NCBI GenBank assembly: GCA_963675245.1
Contig: OY775910.1
Coordinates: 320,001-384,000, forward strand
Source: Acholeplasmataceae bacterium
Lineage (GTDB): Bacteria; Bacillota_I; Bacilli_A; Acholeplasmatales; Acholeplasmataceae
Length of the DNA: 64,000 nt
Direction: 5' to 3'
Below the pieces are notes generated by a model. That model saw only the letters and a list, made by a program, of their open reading frames with translations. It had not been told where the DNA came from and ran no database searches. The translations under genes were made by a program, and so were the position numbers. This document shows positions 10,290-20,407 of the stretch, piece after piece; within the stretch, counting starts at the first letter, position 1, and each line of letters begins with the position of its first letter.

Positions 10290-11567
10290 TTAAATTCTAT
10301 CTAATATAATAAGTGTTTCAATAGATGTTGTTTGTGGAAACATGCGAATTGGATAAGCATGTGTCACACGATATTGCTCTTTTAACATATTGATATCTCT
10401 TGCCAACGATTTGACATCACACGATAAATAAATGATGCGTTTAAATGACATATCCAATACTTGATCGATAAATCGTTTGAATAATCCATTACGAGGTGGA
10501 TCGACAATCAAGATATCTCCATCATAATTTTTTATCACATTTTCAGCGCGATCTTCAATCACTTCAATCCGTGACAAACGCTCTTTATCTATGATATCTT
10601 TCGCCATCGAAACATTTTCTTGATTTGATTCAATCATCGTTATTTTTTTGGTATTGTCATATACAGAATAACCAATTGATCCAATACCACTATATGCTTC
10701 AACAACTTCTAAGCCGTGATCAACATAACTCGCAATCACTTCATATACTTCTCGCATCATTGGCCAGTTCACCTGGAAGAAAGATCGATCATTAATCACG
10801 ACATCAAAAGATTTTAGTGCTTGTGTGATTTCATTTTCACCATAAAGGACAATGGATTCATCACTAAGAATGAGTCGATCATTTGTTTTTAGGTTTAACG
10901 TAATACCTACGACTTCTTTTTCTCTAGCCAACTTATCAACGAGTTTTTCTAATCCATCAACTTCTTTTTTAGTCGCAACAAACGTTATGAGTATTTGATT
11001 TTGTTCATTCGATCTAAATACGACATGTTTTAATACGCCTTCTTCAATAGGTACTGTAATACGATTAATTAAATTAACAAATCTGTTTGTAATTGAATCA
11101 GCGAGTATAAAGAGAGGTACTTGAACTAATGAATAATCTCGTTTATATAACCCTAACTTTAAAATTGGTTCTGGTAACACATGAAAGACAGATTTATTAC
11201 GATAATTAACAAATCGTTGATCGGTCAATGTTTTCGTAATCTCTAAATCAACATCTGCGATTTTCTTAAATGTATCTTTGGTTATTTTTTCTTGCCATTC
11301 AATTTGTTTTTCATGTTTAAGATGATAGAGTTCAATACTTCCTAATTCAGATGTATCGTGTGTTCGATCCTTACTGATTTTAAGAAGTTTTAAAATAGAT
11401 CCTTCACCGAAACTTTTATTTAATTTTTCAATGATAACTTCTGCACATTCACCAGGAAGTAACCCCGCTACAAATATGACATAACCTTCTGGCTTACACA
11501 CACCTTGACCTTTATAATCTAAATCAATAGCCGTTAGTTTGACCATATCACCAACAGTTAGCATCAT
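10290..11567 (-). CDS. rlmD: 23S rRNA (uracil-C5)-methyltransferase, RlmD/RumA family
   Basis: N-terminal TRAM-like domain, YRNK, SFFQVN, VDPPR, YLSC, MFPQT; start set by the GGAGG SD. Confidence 0.88.
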   Translation of the reverse strand: MMLTVGDMVKLTAIDLDYKGQGVCKPEGYVIFVAGLLPGECAEVIIEKLNKSFGEGSILKLLKISKDRTHDTSELGSIELYHLKHEKQIEWQEKITKDTFKKIADVDLEITKTLTDQRFVNYRNKSVFHVLPEPILKLGLYKRDYSLVQVPLFILADSITNRFVNLINRITVPIEEGVLKHVVFRSNEQNQILITFVATKKEVDGLEKLVDKLAREKEVVGITLNLKTNDRLILSDESIVLYGENEITQALKSFDVVINDRSFFQVNWPMMREVYEVIASYVDHGLEVVEAYSGIGSIGYSVYDNTKKITMIESNQENVSMAKDIIDKERLSRIEVIEDRAENVIKNYDGDILIVDPPRNGLFKRFIDQVLDMSFKRIIYLSCDVKSLARDINMLKEQYRVTHAYPIRMFPQTTSIETLIILDRI

Positions 11568-12765
11568 TGTCATCCTCCTTATAGTGTCTTGCAAGTCCGC
11601 CTTGCGCGGTCTCTTTATATGCGGTATGCATATCAAGACCAGTTTGATACATTGTTTCAATGACTGTATCCAATGAAACCTTTCTAGAATCACTTAAAAA
11701 ATAAGCGAGTCCACATGCGTCTATCGCACGAAGTGCAGCAACCGCATTTCTTTCAATACAAGGTATTTGAACAAATCCATTGACTGGATCACATGTTAAT
11801 CCCAAGTGATGTTCCATCGCTATTTCAGCAGCGTATTCAACTTGTTCAACTGATAATTTAAAAAGGGTTGCGTGTGCGGCAGCAGCCATTGAACAAGCAC
11901 TACCAATCTCAGCTTGGCAACCGGCAACGGCACCACTAATCGATGCGTTATACTTAATTAAATTTCCAATTAATCCTGCAATAGCTAATGCCTTTATTAC
12001 TCTTTTTTCAGTGATAAACTGATGCTTTTCTTTCATGTAATATAACACCGATGGTAATACTCCACAAGCGCCACAAGTCGGTGCTGTAACAATTAAACCA
12101 CCACTCGCATTCTCTTCACTTACGGCGTAGGAATACGCACTAACAAGGCGATTTTCTGTTATTTCAGAAACTTCATTCTTGAGTTTTTTATTGTATAATT
12201 CGGGTGCTTTTCTTTTAAGTTTAAGTGGACCAGGTAGCGTTCCTTCTGTCGTTATACCACGATGAATAGCATCTTTCATTGATATCCAAATTCGCTTTAA
12301 AAAAACTTCAATATCGGGACCTTCAACCTCAACAACATAGTCATATAAACTGATACCTTTTTGTTTACAATATTGTTTAATTTTTTTAAATGTATGGTGT
12401 GGATAAATTTCTGGAATTTCATCGATTTCACCATCAAAAACAATACGTCCACCACCGACACTTGAGACACCTTTTTCAATTAACAATTGATCATCCTTAT
12501 ATACTTTTATCCATAAATAGTTAGGATGTTTTTCGAGATCGATGGTTGTTGAAAAAGTCACGTCGCAACCCGCGAGTGACTCCACAATAGCATCCTCTGT
12601 CAAGTGTCCTTTACCAGTCAATGCGAGTGAGTTAAAAAGCGTAATGTCAAAGCGATTCGCTTCAGGGTACGCAAACTTGATACGTTTGGTTGCCATAGCA
12701 GGTCCCATCGTATGGGAACTGCTTGGACCATAACCAATTTGGTAAAGATGTCTTATGGATTGCAT
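11548..12765 (-). CDS. sdaA: L-serine ammonia-lyase, Fe-S dependent, single chain
   Basis: GPSSSHTMGP, SLALTGKGH, TAPTCGACG, GCQAE, LGLTCDP, PCIERN. Confidence 0.95.
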   Translation of the reverse strand: MQSIRHLYQIGYGPSSSHTMGPAMATKRIKFAYPEANRFDITLFNSLALTGKGHLTEDAIVESLAGCDVTFSTTIDLEKHPNYLWIKVYKDDQLLIEKGVSSVGGGRIVFDGEIDEIPEIYPHHTFKKIKQYCKQKGISLYDYVVEVEGPDIEVFLKRIWISMKDAIHRGITTEGTLPGPLKLKRKAPELYNKKLKNEVSEITENRLVSAYSYAVSEENASGGLIVTAPTCGACGVLPSVLYYMKEKHQFITEKRVIKALAIAGLIGNLIKYNASISGAVAGCQAEIGSACSMAAAAHATLFKLSVEQVEYAAEIAMEHHLGLTCDPVNGFVQIPCIERNAVAALRAIDACGLAYFLSDSRKVSLDTVIETMYQTGLDMHTAYKETAQGGLARHYKEDDNDANCW

Positions 12766-12809
12766 GATATGACCTATAGAATAATAATGTTATCTCTTTC
12801 GTTATATGA

Positions 12810-14303
12810 TTATAAGTTGCTGAATTTCCTGATTAAGTAATCGACATAGTATTGTGGATCAAATGGTTTACCTGTCGCGATAACCATGACCTCTTCAGCC
12901 GATTTAGATGAAGCGAACTTATGAATATGTTCTTTTAACCATGCATTAATCAGTTCAATCTTATTACTTCTCACAGCTGTTTCAACATTGAAATCCTTAT
13001 TCATTGCGTCATAAATTTGAGCCGCACATGCGCTACCTAATGCATAGGTTGGAAAATAACCAATCGAACCATGCGCCCAGTGGATATCTTGTAACACACC
13101 TTCAGCATCATTCTTTGGTCTCTTACCGACATATTTACTATATAAGAAATTCCAACGTTTAGGTAGATCTTTCACTTTTAATTTACCACTAATAAGTGCT
13201 CTTTCAATTTCATATCTCACTAAGATATGAAGTGAATAAGTAAGTTCATCAGCTTCAATTCGAATGAGTGAACGTTTCGCTTCATTGATAAATTTATAGA
13301 AATCTAATACTGATACATTTTTCAACTGTTTAGGAAATAGTTCGACAAGTTTTGGATAATGGGTTTCCCAAAATGCATACGAACGACCAATCATGTTTTC
13401 AAACATACGGGATTGTGATTCATGAATGCCTAAAGTTGTACCACCATGAAGTGCTGTATCATCATATTTCTCATCATTTTGTTGTTCATAAATACCATGT
13501 CCCATTTCATGGATCACTGAGAATATTGATGATTTAATATCATCTTCATGATAATGGGTTGTGATTCTAGTATCTGTACTAGTGACACCTGACGTAAATG
13601 GGTGTGCACTTTCTTTTAATAACCCTTTTTCTTTATCGTAATGAAAAACATCCATTAAGTAATCAGCAAATGCTCTTTGCTTGTCAATAGGGAATGGTCC
13701 TTCTTTAAGTCTTTTTGGAAAACGAAGACTTGATTTCGTTACTTCTGCTACGAATGGTACAAGTTGTTCTTTAATCGTATTGAAGAACTTATCATAGGCG
13801 TCAACACCCATACCTTCTTCATAAAAGTCTAATAAAACATCATAACCTTTTAATTCATCAGTTTCTAAATATTTGACAAGTTTACGTTGGAAAGCAACTA
13901 CTTTTTCAAGTGTTGGAGCAAATGATTCAAAATCATTATTCTTCTTCGCATTTACCCAAACTGGTAGTGATGACTGAACAAGCATTTGATAAGCTAGGTA
14001 TTCATCCTTAGGTACCTTTTGAACAATACGTAAGCCTTTCTCCGCTTTTTTAATTTCAACTTTAAAATCAGGATCTTCAAGTTCATCTATATGACTATAT
14101 AGATATTCAATCGCTTCGATATATGCTGGATCCGCTTCTAAATTATAAGCTGCTTCAGCTAATACCCCAAATTGTTTATCTGCATATGCATAACCTTTGA
14201 TTGGTGCTTCGGTTTCCTTATCCCAACCCATCAGCCAAATCGCGTATTCATAAGCTTTTAGTTTTGCCAGTTGTTCCTTATACGTTTTAATATACTGTTC
14301 CAT
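12810..14303 (-). CDS. M32 family carboxypeptidase
   Basis: HPF, HEMGH, HESQS, IRIEAD, QDIHW, YFPTY. Confidence 0.95.
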   Translation of the reverse strand: MEQYIKTYKEQLAKLKAYEYAIWLMGWDKETEAPIKGYAYADKQFGVLAEAAYNLEADPAYIEAIEYLYSHIDELEDPDFKVEIKKAEKGLRIVQKVPKDEYLAYQMLVQSSLPVWVNAKKNNDFESFAPTLEKVVAFQRKLVKYLETDELKGYDVLLDFYEEGMGVDAYDKFFNTIKEQLVPFVAEVTKSSLRFPKRLKEGPFPIDKQRAFADYLMDVFHYDKEKGLLKESAHPFTSGVTSTDTRITTHYHEDDIKSSIFSVIHEMGHGIYEQQNDEKYDDTALHGGTTLGIHESQSRMFENMIGRSYAFWETHYPKLVELFPKQLKNVSVLDFYKFINEAKRSLIRIEADELTYSLHILVRYEIERALISGKLKVKDLPKRWNFLYSKYVGKRPKNDAEGVLQDIHWAHGSIGYFPTYALGSACAAQIYDAMNKDFNVETAVRSNKIELINAWLKEHIHKFASSKSAEEVMVIATGKPFDPQYYVDYLIRKFSNL

Positions 14304-14382
14304 AATATCCCTTCTTTCTTAACATGATTATAGCATAGTTGTGTAGGCAAATCATTGATTATCTACATAAACTCTTCGTTAA

Positions 14383-14585
14383 ATCAAAAATGGTGCCATA
14401 TCCAAATAACAAGGCACCATTTAAACTATAAGAATAAGATTTTATTGTAAATGTGTAATGCTATATATGTACATTACTGGAGTGTTGGCCTAATATGCAT
14501 ATTTATTAATTGTTGTTTTCCACCCCAGGATACTGAAACATTATTAATCTGATTTTATCACATATATCATGATTTGACTATCTCT
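14383..14585 (-). ncRNA. Candidate structured small RNA (possibly 6S-like)
   Basis: ORF-free 370-bp gap with TATAAT at 14591-14596, nested complementary segments, and its own terminator hairpin at 14388-14422. Confidence 0.35.
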
Positions 14586-14609
14586 TTTCAATTATATTTA
14601 AACATAAAA

Positions 14610-14646
14610 AAAGATGTTAGTGGTTTTTGTATCCACCAACATCTTA
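14610..14646 (-). terminator. Terminator of the SDR gene
   Basis: AAGATGTTGGTGG...CCACTAACATCTT (one G-U pair) followed by a U-run. Confidence 0.75.
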
Positions 14647-14669
14647 TCATTTCAATTAACTGTGTGCTT

Positions 14670-15539
14670 CTATAAACTAAATGAAACATTCATTAAGTCC
14701 TCAGATTCATCCCAGAGACTCATCGCTAATTTTTCATCATAATAATTCGCAGCTCTTTTGGATGTACCAATTTTTCCAAATACTTCTAATAAACCAATGG
14801 GTCCATATAATGCACCACCTTCAATATGATTTGATAATGCCGCTTCAATCGTCGGTCTTGCACCTTCTTTAACAGAAGATAAAAATGGACCAATTACATA
14901 TTTAGCAAAAAATCTTATAAACGGGTTAGGTACGATATTTGTGTTCATCACCACACCAGGATGTGCAGCAATTGACAATATTCTTTTACCTGATGCTTTT
15001 AAACGTTTATCTAATTCCATCGCGAATAACAAATTGGCAAGTTTAGATTGGGCATATGAACCCATACGGTGATATGTCTTTTTTGATTGTAGATCATCTA
15101 ATTTAATCTTTCCATATCTGTAAGACATCGACGTCACTGTGACAATTCGAGACGCAAATGAATCAGGCATGATTGGTAATAATTGTTGTGTTAAGTAAAA
15201 ATGACCTAAATAGTTAACCCCAAACATACGTTCAAATCCATCTTCAGTCGTTTGATATTTTCCCCACAAGACTCCTGCATTATTAATTAAAATATCTAAA
15301 TGGTCATATTGTGACTTAAATGTTTTAATAAATTCATCAATCTCTTTTTTACTATTTAAGTCCAATTTAATAAATCTTAGTTTTAAGTTATCTTGAACAG
15401 ATAACATTTTTTCGATCGCTTTTGTTGCCCGGCTTTCATTTCTGCATGCTAAAACAACTTCTAATCCTTCTTGTGCCAGTACTAAAGCCGTTTCATAACC
15501 GATGCCACTATTCGCCCCCGTGACAACTGCTACTCTCAT
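14670..15539 (-). CDS. Short-chain dehydrogenase/reductase (retinol-DH/WWOX-like)
   Basis: TGANSGIG, NNAG, YAQSK, HPG. Confidence 0.93.
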   Translation of the reverse strand: MRVAVVTGANSGIGYETALVLAQEGLEVVLACRNESRATKAIEKMLSVQDNLKLRFIKLDLNSKKEIDEFIKTFKSQYDHLDILINNAGVLWGKYQTTEDGFERMFGVNYLGHFYLTQQLLPIMPDSFASRIVTVTSMSYRYGKIKLDDLQSKKTYHRMGSYAQSKLANLLFAMELDKRLKASGKRILSIAAHPGVVMNTNIVPNPFIRFFAKYVIGPFLSSVKEGARPTIEAALSNHIEGGALYGPIGLLEVFGKIGTSKRAANYYDEKLAMSLWDESEDLMNVSFSL

Positions 15540-15542
15540 GCT

Positions 15543-16049
15543 CTATTTGTCGTCCTTTGGCATTTGTGCTTTTCCGACAACTTTGTCATCTTCAATTTTA
15601 ACAACATTCTTAACATAAGTGTCACTATCGAACGCCTTATATGTTGTTAGGAAACAAGCAATTTTAGCCACTTTATCGCCTACATTTAAATCAACATAAA
15701 TGACTGTGTCGCGATAAACATTTTCAATTTGAATGAGTGATTTATCATTTTTATCGCGTAATGCAACATTTTTTTTGATATAGCTTTGATTTTCTTGATC
15801 CATACGGACAAGAAGTTCCAATTGGTCATCAACTAAGAACCCTCTAACTGTTGCGGGTCTACCAATTAAATCAGCTGTACCTACTACTTCGTACAAGTAG
15901 GTTGCTTCTTGATATGCTTCTTGTATACTACCACTGAATTTGATGTTTTCAAATGCATCATTAACAATCTTGCTCGCTTTTCTTCCAAGTTCGTTAATTT
16001 TTTCAGTTGCATTATCAACCATTTTACGAATATCAGGTTTCTTATCCAT
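15543..16049 (-). CDS. Hypothetical protein
   Basis: 168-aa ORF ending 3 nt upstream of the SDR start; no recognised motif. Confidence 0.75.
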   Translation of the reverse strand: MDKKPDIRKMVDNATEKINELGRKASKIVNDAFENIKFSGSIQEAYQEATYLYEVVGTADLIGRPATVRGFLVDDQLELLVRMDQENQSYIKKNVALRDKNDKSLIQIENVYRDTVIYVDLNVGDKVAKIACFLTTYKAFDSDTYVKNVVKIEDDKVVGKAQMPKDDK

Positions 16050-16141
16050 TGATTCTACCCCATTTCATTAGAATATCATGTTTTCATTCTTGTTGTTATC
16101 ACTCTTATTATACCATTATTTAGACATCTTTAATATCAACA

Positions 16142-17482
16142 CTAAACGACGAATAATAAAGTTGCGATTGAAAAATAGACCACAAGAGAAATAATATCAT
16201 TGATGGTTGTCATAAATGGACCAGACGCTGATGCAGGATCCACATTGAGTTTTGATAGTGTCATAGGGACAAGTGTTCCCATCACTGAAGAAATCGCCAT
16301 GACCGTCATTAATGCGATAAATACCGCTAAGGCGACTTTTAAAGGTTCAGCATTACCGATATGAAAAATATTTAAATAGATGGTGACATAAATAAATGCA
16401 ATGCCTGCGACCATCACGCTATTAATTAAACCAATAACTGCTTCTTTACCAAAATGACTAAAAGCATCTTTTCTGCTATCTAGTTCATGTTGATGTATTC
16501 CTAAAATGGTGACAGCTAACGCTTGTGTCCCGATATTACCAGCTTGTCCTAAAATCATTGGCTGGAATAAAATAAGTGCCGTTACAGCTTCTAAGGTTGC
16601 CCCATATCTTAATAGGATTGTAATGGTTAATAGATTTAATATGACACCAATAAATAGCCATGGTAGTCTTTTTCGAGAACGTTCAAATGCATTGGTCGTT
16701 GATTCATAATCGGTGATTTGTGCCATACGTTCATAATCATCTTCATAGTCTTCAACAATCTCATCGAAAATATCATCCGCAGTAATAATCCCTAATAATT
16801 TATTATCTCTTCCTAAAACAGGAAGGGCATGTTCATCATAATCTCTGACGCGAGAAATCGCTTCTTCAATCGTATCATCCGCATAAACGAATACAATGTT
16901 TTCATCCATGATTTGATGAAGTGACGTTGAAGGTCTTGCAATAATTAGATCTTTAATATCCAACATGCCTTGTAGTATATCATTGTCATCTGTGATATAA
17001 ATCGTATCAATATAATCTGCTTCTTTAGAACGAGCTACAATCTCGCTAGTCGCTTCTTTAATGGACATATTAACGTTTAATGCCATAAAGTCTGTGGTCA
17101 TGATAGACGCAGCTTCATCTTCTTCATAAGTCAATAATAATCTTATGGTCTTTGCTTTATACTTAGGTAATAGATTTAATAAATCACTTTGTCTATCAAT
17201 ATCATGATGCTCAACAAACTCTTTTAAATCATCACTTTCAAGTAAGTTGAGTAATTTCTTTTGACGACTATCAGCAAGCATTTCAAATAAATCAGATTGT
17301 TCGTCATATTCAAGTTCAACAAAGATATCTGCAAGTAAATCAATCGGACTGAGGATGGTAATACGTTTTTGATGTTCTTCATTTTCACGCTCAAAAACAC
17401 GTGCTATATCATAGGCATGCACATGGGTTAATGCTTTTTTTAAAGATTCATCATTATGTTTGAAATTTAATTTTTTAGCCAT
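16142..17482 (-). CDS. mgtE: MgtE-family Mg2+ transporter (copy 2)
   Basis: N-domain, CBS pair, RLPWL, AGNIGTQ, DPASASGPFMTTIND. Confidence 0.93.
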   Translation of the reverse strand: MAKKLNFKHNDESLKKALTHVHAYDIARVFERENEEHQKRITILSPIDLLADIFVELEYDEQSDLFEMLADSRQKKLLNLLESDDLKEFVEHHDIDRQSDLLNLLPKYKAKTIRLLLTYEEDEAASIMTTDFMALNVNMSIKEATSEIVARSKEADYIDTIYITDDNDILQGMLDIKDLIIARPSTSLHQIMDENIVFVYADDTIEEAISRVRDYDEHALPVLGRDNKLLGIITADDIFDEIVEDYEDDYERMAQITDYESTTNAFERSRKRLPWLFIGVILNLLTITILLRYGATLEAVTALILFQPMILGQAGNIGTQALAVTILGIHQHELDSRKDAFSHFGKEAVIGLINSVMVAGIAFIYVTIYLNIFHIGNAEPLKVALAVFIALMTVMAISSVMGTLVPMTLSKLNVDPASASGPFMTTINDIISLVVYFSIATLLFVV

Positions 17483-17491
17483 ATAACCCTC

Positions 17492-18802
17492 CTATAATAA
17501 CATGAGTGTCGATAAGCCAAAATAAACGAATACCGTGGTAATATCGATTAAAGTCGTGATTAAAGGACCGGATGCAACCGCTGGGTCCTGTTTAAACCAT
17601 TTTAAAATTGATGGAATTAATATCGCGATGACTGGTGCTAAAAATACGGTTGTAAATATAGACATGCTGACAATCATCGCCATCGTTAATGGCTCAAATT
17701 GAGACGTTAACGATGAGAATAAATATGTAATACCAAATGCGAGTGCACCAATCGCGATCCCATTTAATAAACCCGTTAAAACTTCTTTCATTAAACTTCT
17801 CGTTATACCCTTTTCATCCGTTTGGTACATCCTAAGCGTAACAGCTAATGTTTGCGTCGCGACATTACCAGCAGATCCGGAAATGAGTGGTTGAAAGATC
17901 ACGATAATCGCGATCGTTGTAATCACTTCTTGAAATAACGATGTGATTAAAGACACTGGGATAGACACTAGTAACAATAAAACAAGCCATGGTAACCGGT
18001 GCATCGCCATTTTAAAAGGGTGTGCTTGTATCGTATCTGGTAATCCAGCTAAACGTTCGAAGTCTTCTTGTGCTTCTTCTTCATAACGGTCTAACGCGTC
18101 ATCTAAAGTAATCATGCCTAATAATTTTTGATGTTCATCACAAACAGGCATTTCATAGGCATCATAGTTATTAATTGCTTGCACCGTCTTCATGATTGAA
18201 TCCGTATCAATCACATAAGGATAATCCTCAATTAAATCACCAATCGTTTGCGGTGGTTTAGATTTTAATAAATCCTTGAGTGTTACAATCCCTAAATATT
18301 TATTATCATCATCAACGACAAATATACGATTAATGGTTTCTACTTCAGGTGCTTCTTTAATCACTTGTTTCGTCGCTTTTTTAATATCTAAATCAGGTTT
18401 TAAGAAGATGATATGTGTTGTCATCGCTGAACCGGTCTCATCATCTTCATATTCAAAGAGAGTTTTCATGTCATCGATATTTTCAAGTGACGCTAATAAC
18501 TCTTCTTGATCTTCTTCTTCCAATTCTTGAATGAGGTCAACGGCGTCATCTGGTTCCATTTCCTCAATAACTTCTTTTTGTCTGGAAATATCAAAATCAG
18601 ATAACACTTCAACAGCATCTTCAGGCTCTAAGTAAGAAACAAGTTCAGCTAATTGCTCATTCGAAATAATATGATACAGTGTTTCTCTCTCTTCCTTTTC
18701 TAACGTTAAAAACGCTTGAGCTAAATCATACCCATGCGTTTCTTCTAAATAGAGTTGTAATGGTTTTTTCTTATTGTTTTTAATGAGTTCTTGTAACACC
18801 AT
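17492..18802 (-). CDS. mgtE: MgtE-family Mg2+ transporter (copy 1)
   Basis: MEPDDAVD, CBS pair, RLPWL, AGNVATQ, DPAVASGPLITTLID. Confidence 0.93.
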   Translation of the reverse strand: MVLQELIKNNKKKPLQLYLEETHGYDLAQAFLTLEKEERETLYHIISNEQLAELVSYLEPEDAVEVLSDFDISRQKEVIEEMEPDDAVDLIQELEEEDQEELLASLENIDDMKTLFEYEDDETGSAMTTHIIFLKPDLDIKKATKQVIKEAPEVETINRIFVVDDDNKYLGIVTLKDLLKSKPPQTIGDLIEDYPYVIDTDSIMKTVQAINNYDAYEMPVCDEHQKLLGMITLDDALDRYEEEAQEDFERLAGLPDTIQAHPFKMAMHRLPWLVLLLLVSIPVSLITSLFQEVITTIAIIVIFQPLISGSAGNVATQTLAVTLRMYQTDEKGITRSLMKEVLTGLLNGIAIGALAFGITYLFSSLTSQFEPLTMAMIVSMSIFTTVFLAPVIAILIPSILKWFKQDPAVASGPLITTLIDITTVFVYFGLSTLMLL

Positions 18803-18816
18803 ATCACCTCAATGGT

Positions 18817-19476
18817 TTAATCGATTTTCTTACCAAATATCATATGAGCAGTTTTTAGAGATAAAATAATAGATCTATGTCCTTCTTTGATATGCATTAA
18901 ACGATTAAACGCGTCTTTTCTTTCTACAAATATTTCTTGATTTAATTTTAAATGATTTTCATTTAAAAAGACAAGTAATTCTTTTTCATCAACGACACGG
19001 GTTAACTCAAAATGTTCACCTTCATTCACTTCTGCAAGTGATAATGTCGAAAATTCAGAGATATAACCTGATCTATCAGGTATAGGATTACCATGTTGAC
19101 AATATTTTGGATGATCTAAAAAATCATCTAATCGGTTGAGTAAGGCATCCGTGCTATTATGTTCTAATCGTTCAGCATCAGCATGAACATCTTCCCATGC
19201 AAACCCTAATTTCTCAGTTAAAAACACTTCCCATAAACGGTGTGCTCTTAACATTCTAACCGCTTCTTTCTGGCCTTTTTTAGTTAAAGATATACCATGA
19301 TAAGGTATAAAGGAAAGCAGTTTTTTTGATTCTAACTTCTTAACCATTTCATTAACACTTTGATCACTATAACCAAAATGTGTGACTAATTCACTTGTTT
19401 TAACGATGGGTTGTTTCTGCTGTACAGTAAGTTCATAAATAACTTTCATGTAATCTTCTTCTGCACGATTCATCAA
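18817..19476 (-). CDS. DtxR/MntR/SloR-family metal-dependent repressor with C-terminal FeoA-like domain
   Basis: EEDY, SVNEMVKKL, HRLWEVFL, AERLEH, CQHGNPIP. Confidence 0.93.
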   Translation of the reverse strand: MMNRAEEDYMKVIYELTVQQKQPIVKTSELVTHFGYSDQSVNEMVKKLESKKLLSFIPYHGISLTKKGQKEAVRMLRAHRLWEVFLTEKLGFAWEDVHADAERLEHNSTDALLNRLDDFLDHPKYCQHGNPIPDRSGYISEFSTLSLAEVNEGEHFELTRVVDEKELLVFLNENHLKLNQEIFVERKDAFNRLMHIKEGHRSIILSLKTAHMIFGKKID

Positions 19477-19484
19477 ATCACCTC

Positions 19485-20312
19485 TTAACCTAATGCAACA
19501 TCTAACATCATCATGATAATAAAACCTACCATGACACCTAATACGGCATAATGCGCACCATGTTTAGATTGTTTTTGTTGTGCCTCTGGAATAAGTTCTT
19601 CAACTACAACATAAATCATCGCACCAGCAGCAAACGCTAAAGCATATGGTAATAATGATTGTATTCTTGTGACTAATATCGCACCCAATACACCTGCGAT
19701 TGGTTCTACTAAACCAGAAGCTTGTCCGTAAACAAATGCTTTTGTTCTGCTCATACCTTCTTGTCTTAAAGGAATGGAGACTGCTGCACCTTCTGGAAAG
19801 TTTTGAATACCAATACCTAAAGCGAGACCAATAGCACCTAATGTAGCTGCTAAGACATTACCACCAGTATAGTAGTTAATTGCCCCAAATGCAACACCCA
19901 CAGCTAAACCTTCGGGGATATTATGAAGCGTAATCGCGAACACTAAAAGAATCGTTCTTTTTAAGCGTGTCGGAATCCCTTCTTTTTCATGTTCTGGTCC
20001 AAAGTGCATATGGGGAATCGTTTTATCTGCGATATATAGAAAAATACCACCTAATGCAAAACCAATCGCAACAACAATCCAGGCAATCGCACCTTGACTA
20101 TCTGCCATTTCTATGGCTGGTGAAAGTAATGACCAAAAAGAGGCTGCAATCATCACCCCAGATGCAAATCCTAACATTAAATTAAATACATTTCTATCGA
20201 TTGTTTTAAAGAAGAATACGAGTGATGCACCAAGTGCTGTTACACCCCATGTGAATGTTGTTGCCATTAATGCTTGTATCCAAGTAGGCTGTGCCATAAA
20301 CCACTCAAACAT
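19485..20312 (-). CDS. ZIP family (GufA/ZupT-like) metal transporter
   Basis: HNIPEG and QNFPEG motifs, FAAGAMIYV, ELIPE. Confidence 0.95.
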   Translation of the reverse strand: MFEWFMAQPTWIQALMATTFTWGVTALGASLVFFFKTIDRNVFNLMLGFASGVMIAASFWSLLSPAIEMADSQGAIAWIVVAIGFALGGIFLYIADKTIPHMHFGPEHEKEGIPTRLKRTILLVFAITLHNIPEGLAVGVAFGAINYYTGGNVLAATLGAIGLALGIGIQNFPEGAAVSIPLRQEGMSRTKAFVYGQASGLVEPIAGVLGAILVTRIQSLLPYALAFAAGAMIYVVVEELIPEAQQKQSKHGAHYAVLGVMVGFIIMMMLDVALG

Positions 20313-20330
20313 ATCATCAACTCCTTTATT

Positions 20331-20346
20331 TTAAGGCTTGCCTTAA
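20331..20346. promoter_or_regulatory. DtxR/MntR-type operator
   Basis: Perfect inverted repeat TTAAGGC-TT-GCCTTAA between the -10 element and the SD of the ZIP gene. Confidence 0.75.
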
Positions 20347-20356
20347 TTCTATATTA

Positions 20357-20385
20357 AGTATAGCATAATAAATAAAATGAGTCAA
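20357..20385 (-). promoter_or_regulatory. Promoter of the ZIP-mntR-mgtE-mgtE operon
   Basis: TTGACT-17-TATACT with an extended TG. Confidence 0.8.
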
Positions 20386-20407
20386 TAAAAAAGAGGCTTA
20401 CGCCTCT
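20386..20407 (-). terminator. Terminator of tldE (stop codon lies in the loop)
   Basis: AGAGGC-GTAA-GCCTCT followed by a U-run. Confidence 0.75.

Noticed and set aside
11568..11693. Long rlmD/sdaA overlap
   Set aside because: The GGAGG SD points to a start at 11567 or 11564, so the real overlap is short
14430..14575. Small peptide ORF or T-box/riboswitch leader for the carboxypeptidase
   Set aside because: Only very short ORFs without a good SD, no T-box consensus, and the carboxypeptidase has its own extended -10 downstream of the terminator
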